A stretch of DNA of 64,000 nucleotides from Malacoraja senta (lineage: Eukaryota). This document shows, one piece after another, positions 63,986 to 64,000 of the stretch. Below the pieces are notes generated by a model. The model made no database searches. It worked only from the letters and a program-made list of their open reading frames with translations, and had not been told where the DNA came from. The position numbers and the translations under genes were made by a program. The stretch lies in NCBI GenBank assembly GCA_038087875.1, contig CM075978.1, positions 102,548,001 to 102,612,000 on the forward strand, written 5' to 3'. How positions within the stretch are numbered: the stretch's first letter is position 1; every line of letters begins with the position of its first letter.

Positions 63986-64000
63986 ATATAATTTGATTAT

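Noticed and set aside
54466-64000. CHM exon 8 (…LYGQGELPQCFCR) and earlier exons
   Set aside because: Searched by eye and not found; probably beyond the window.

Overview
This is vertebrate nuclear DNA, not prokaryotic. The repeat content (CR1-dominated, HE1/V-SINE-like SINEs, Penelope elements) suggests a cartilaginous fish, probably a skate or ray; that assignment is inference. The only host gene I can support is the 3' part of CHM (Rab escort protein 1) on the minus strand. Seven GT-AG exons, equivalent to human exons 9-15 (54465 down to 29652), splice in frame; the upstream exons were not found and probably lie beyond position 64000. The rest is a mosaic of CR1, Rex1/Babar and Penelope-like (RT + GIY-YIG) retroelements, tRNA-derived SINEs, a Passport-like Tc1 (DD34E) transposon, Harbinger- and pogo-type MITEs, and unique AT-rich stretches with enhancer-like motifs. 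Four observations stand out. (1) A pair of compensating frameshifts in CHM exon 13 replaces a conserved ~11-aa motif. (2) A family of ~90-230 bp Penelope-derived insertions carries minimal hammerhead-ribozyme motifs; several have their own target-site duplications and some are palindromic. (3) A 1.57-kb foldback element has two Helitron-like 5' ends and three copies of a TATA/ETS/Inr/YY1 core-promoter cassette. (4) An inverted Penelope insertion forms a ~600-bp hairpin in CHM intron 13. All family assignments come from reading the sequence by eye; no database searches were run.
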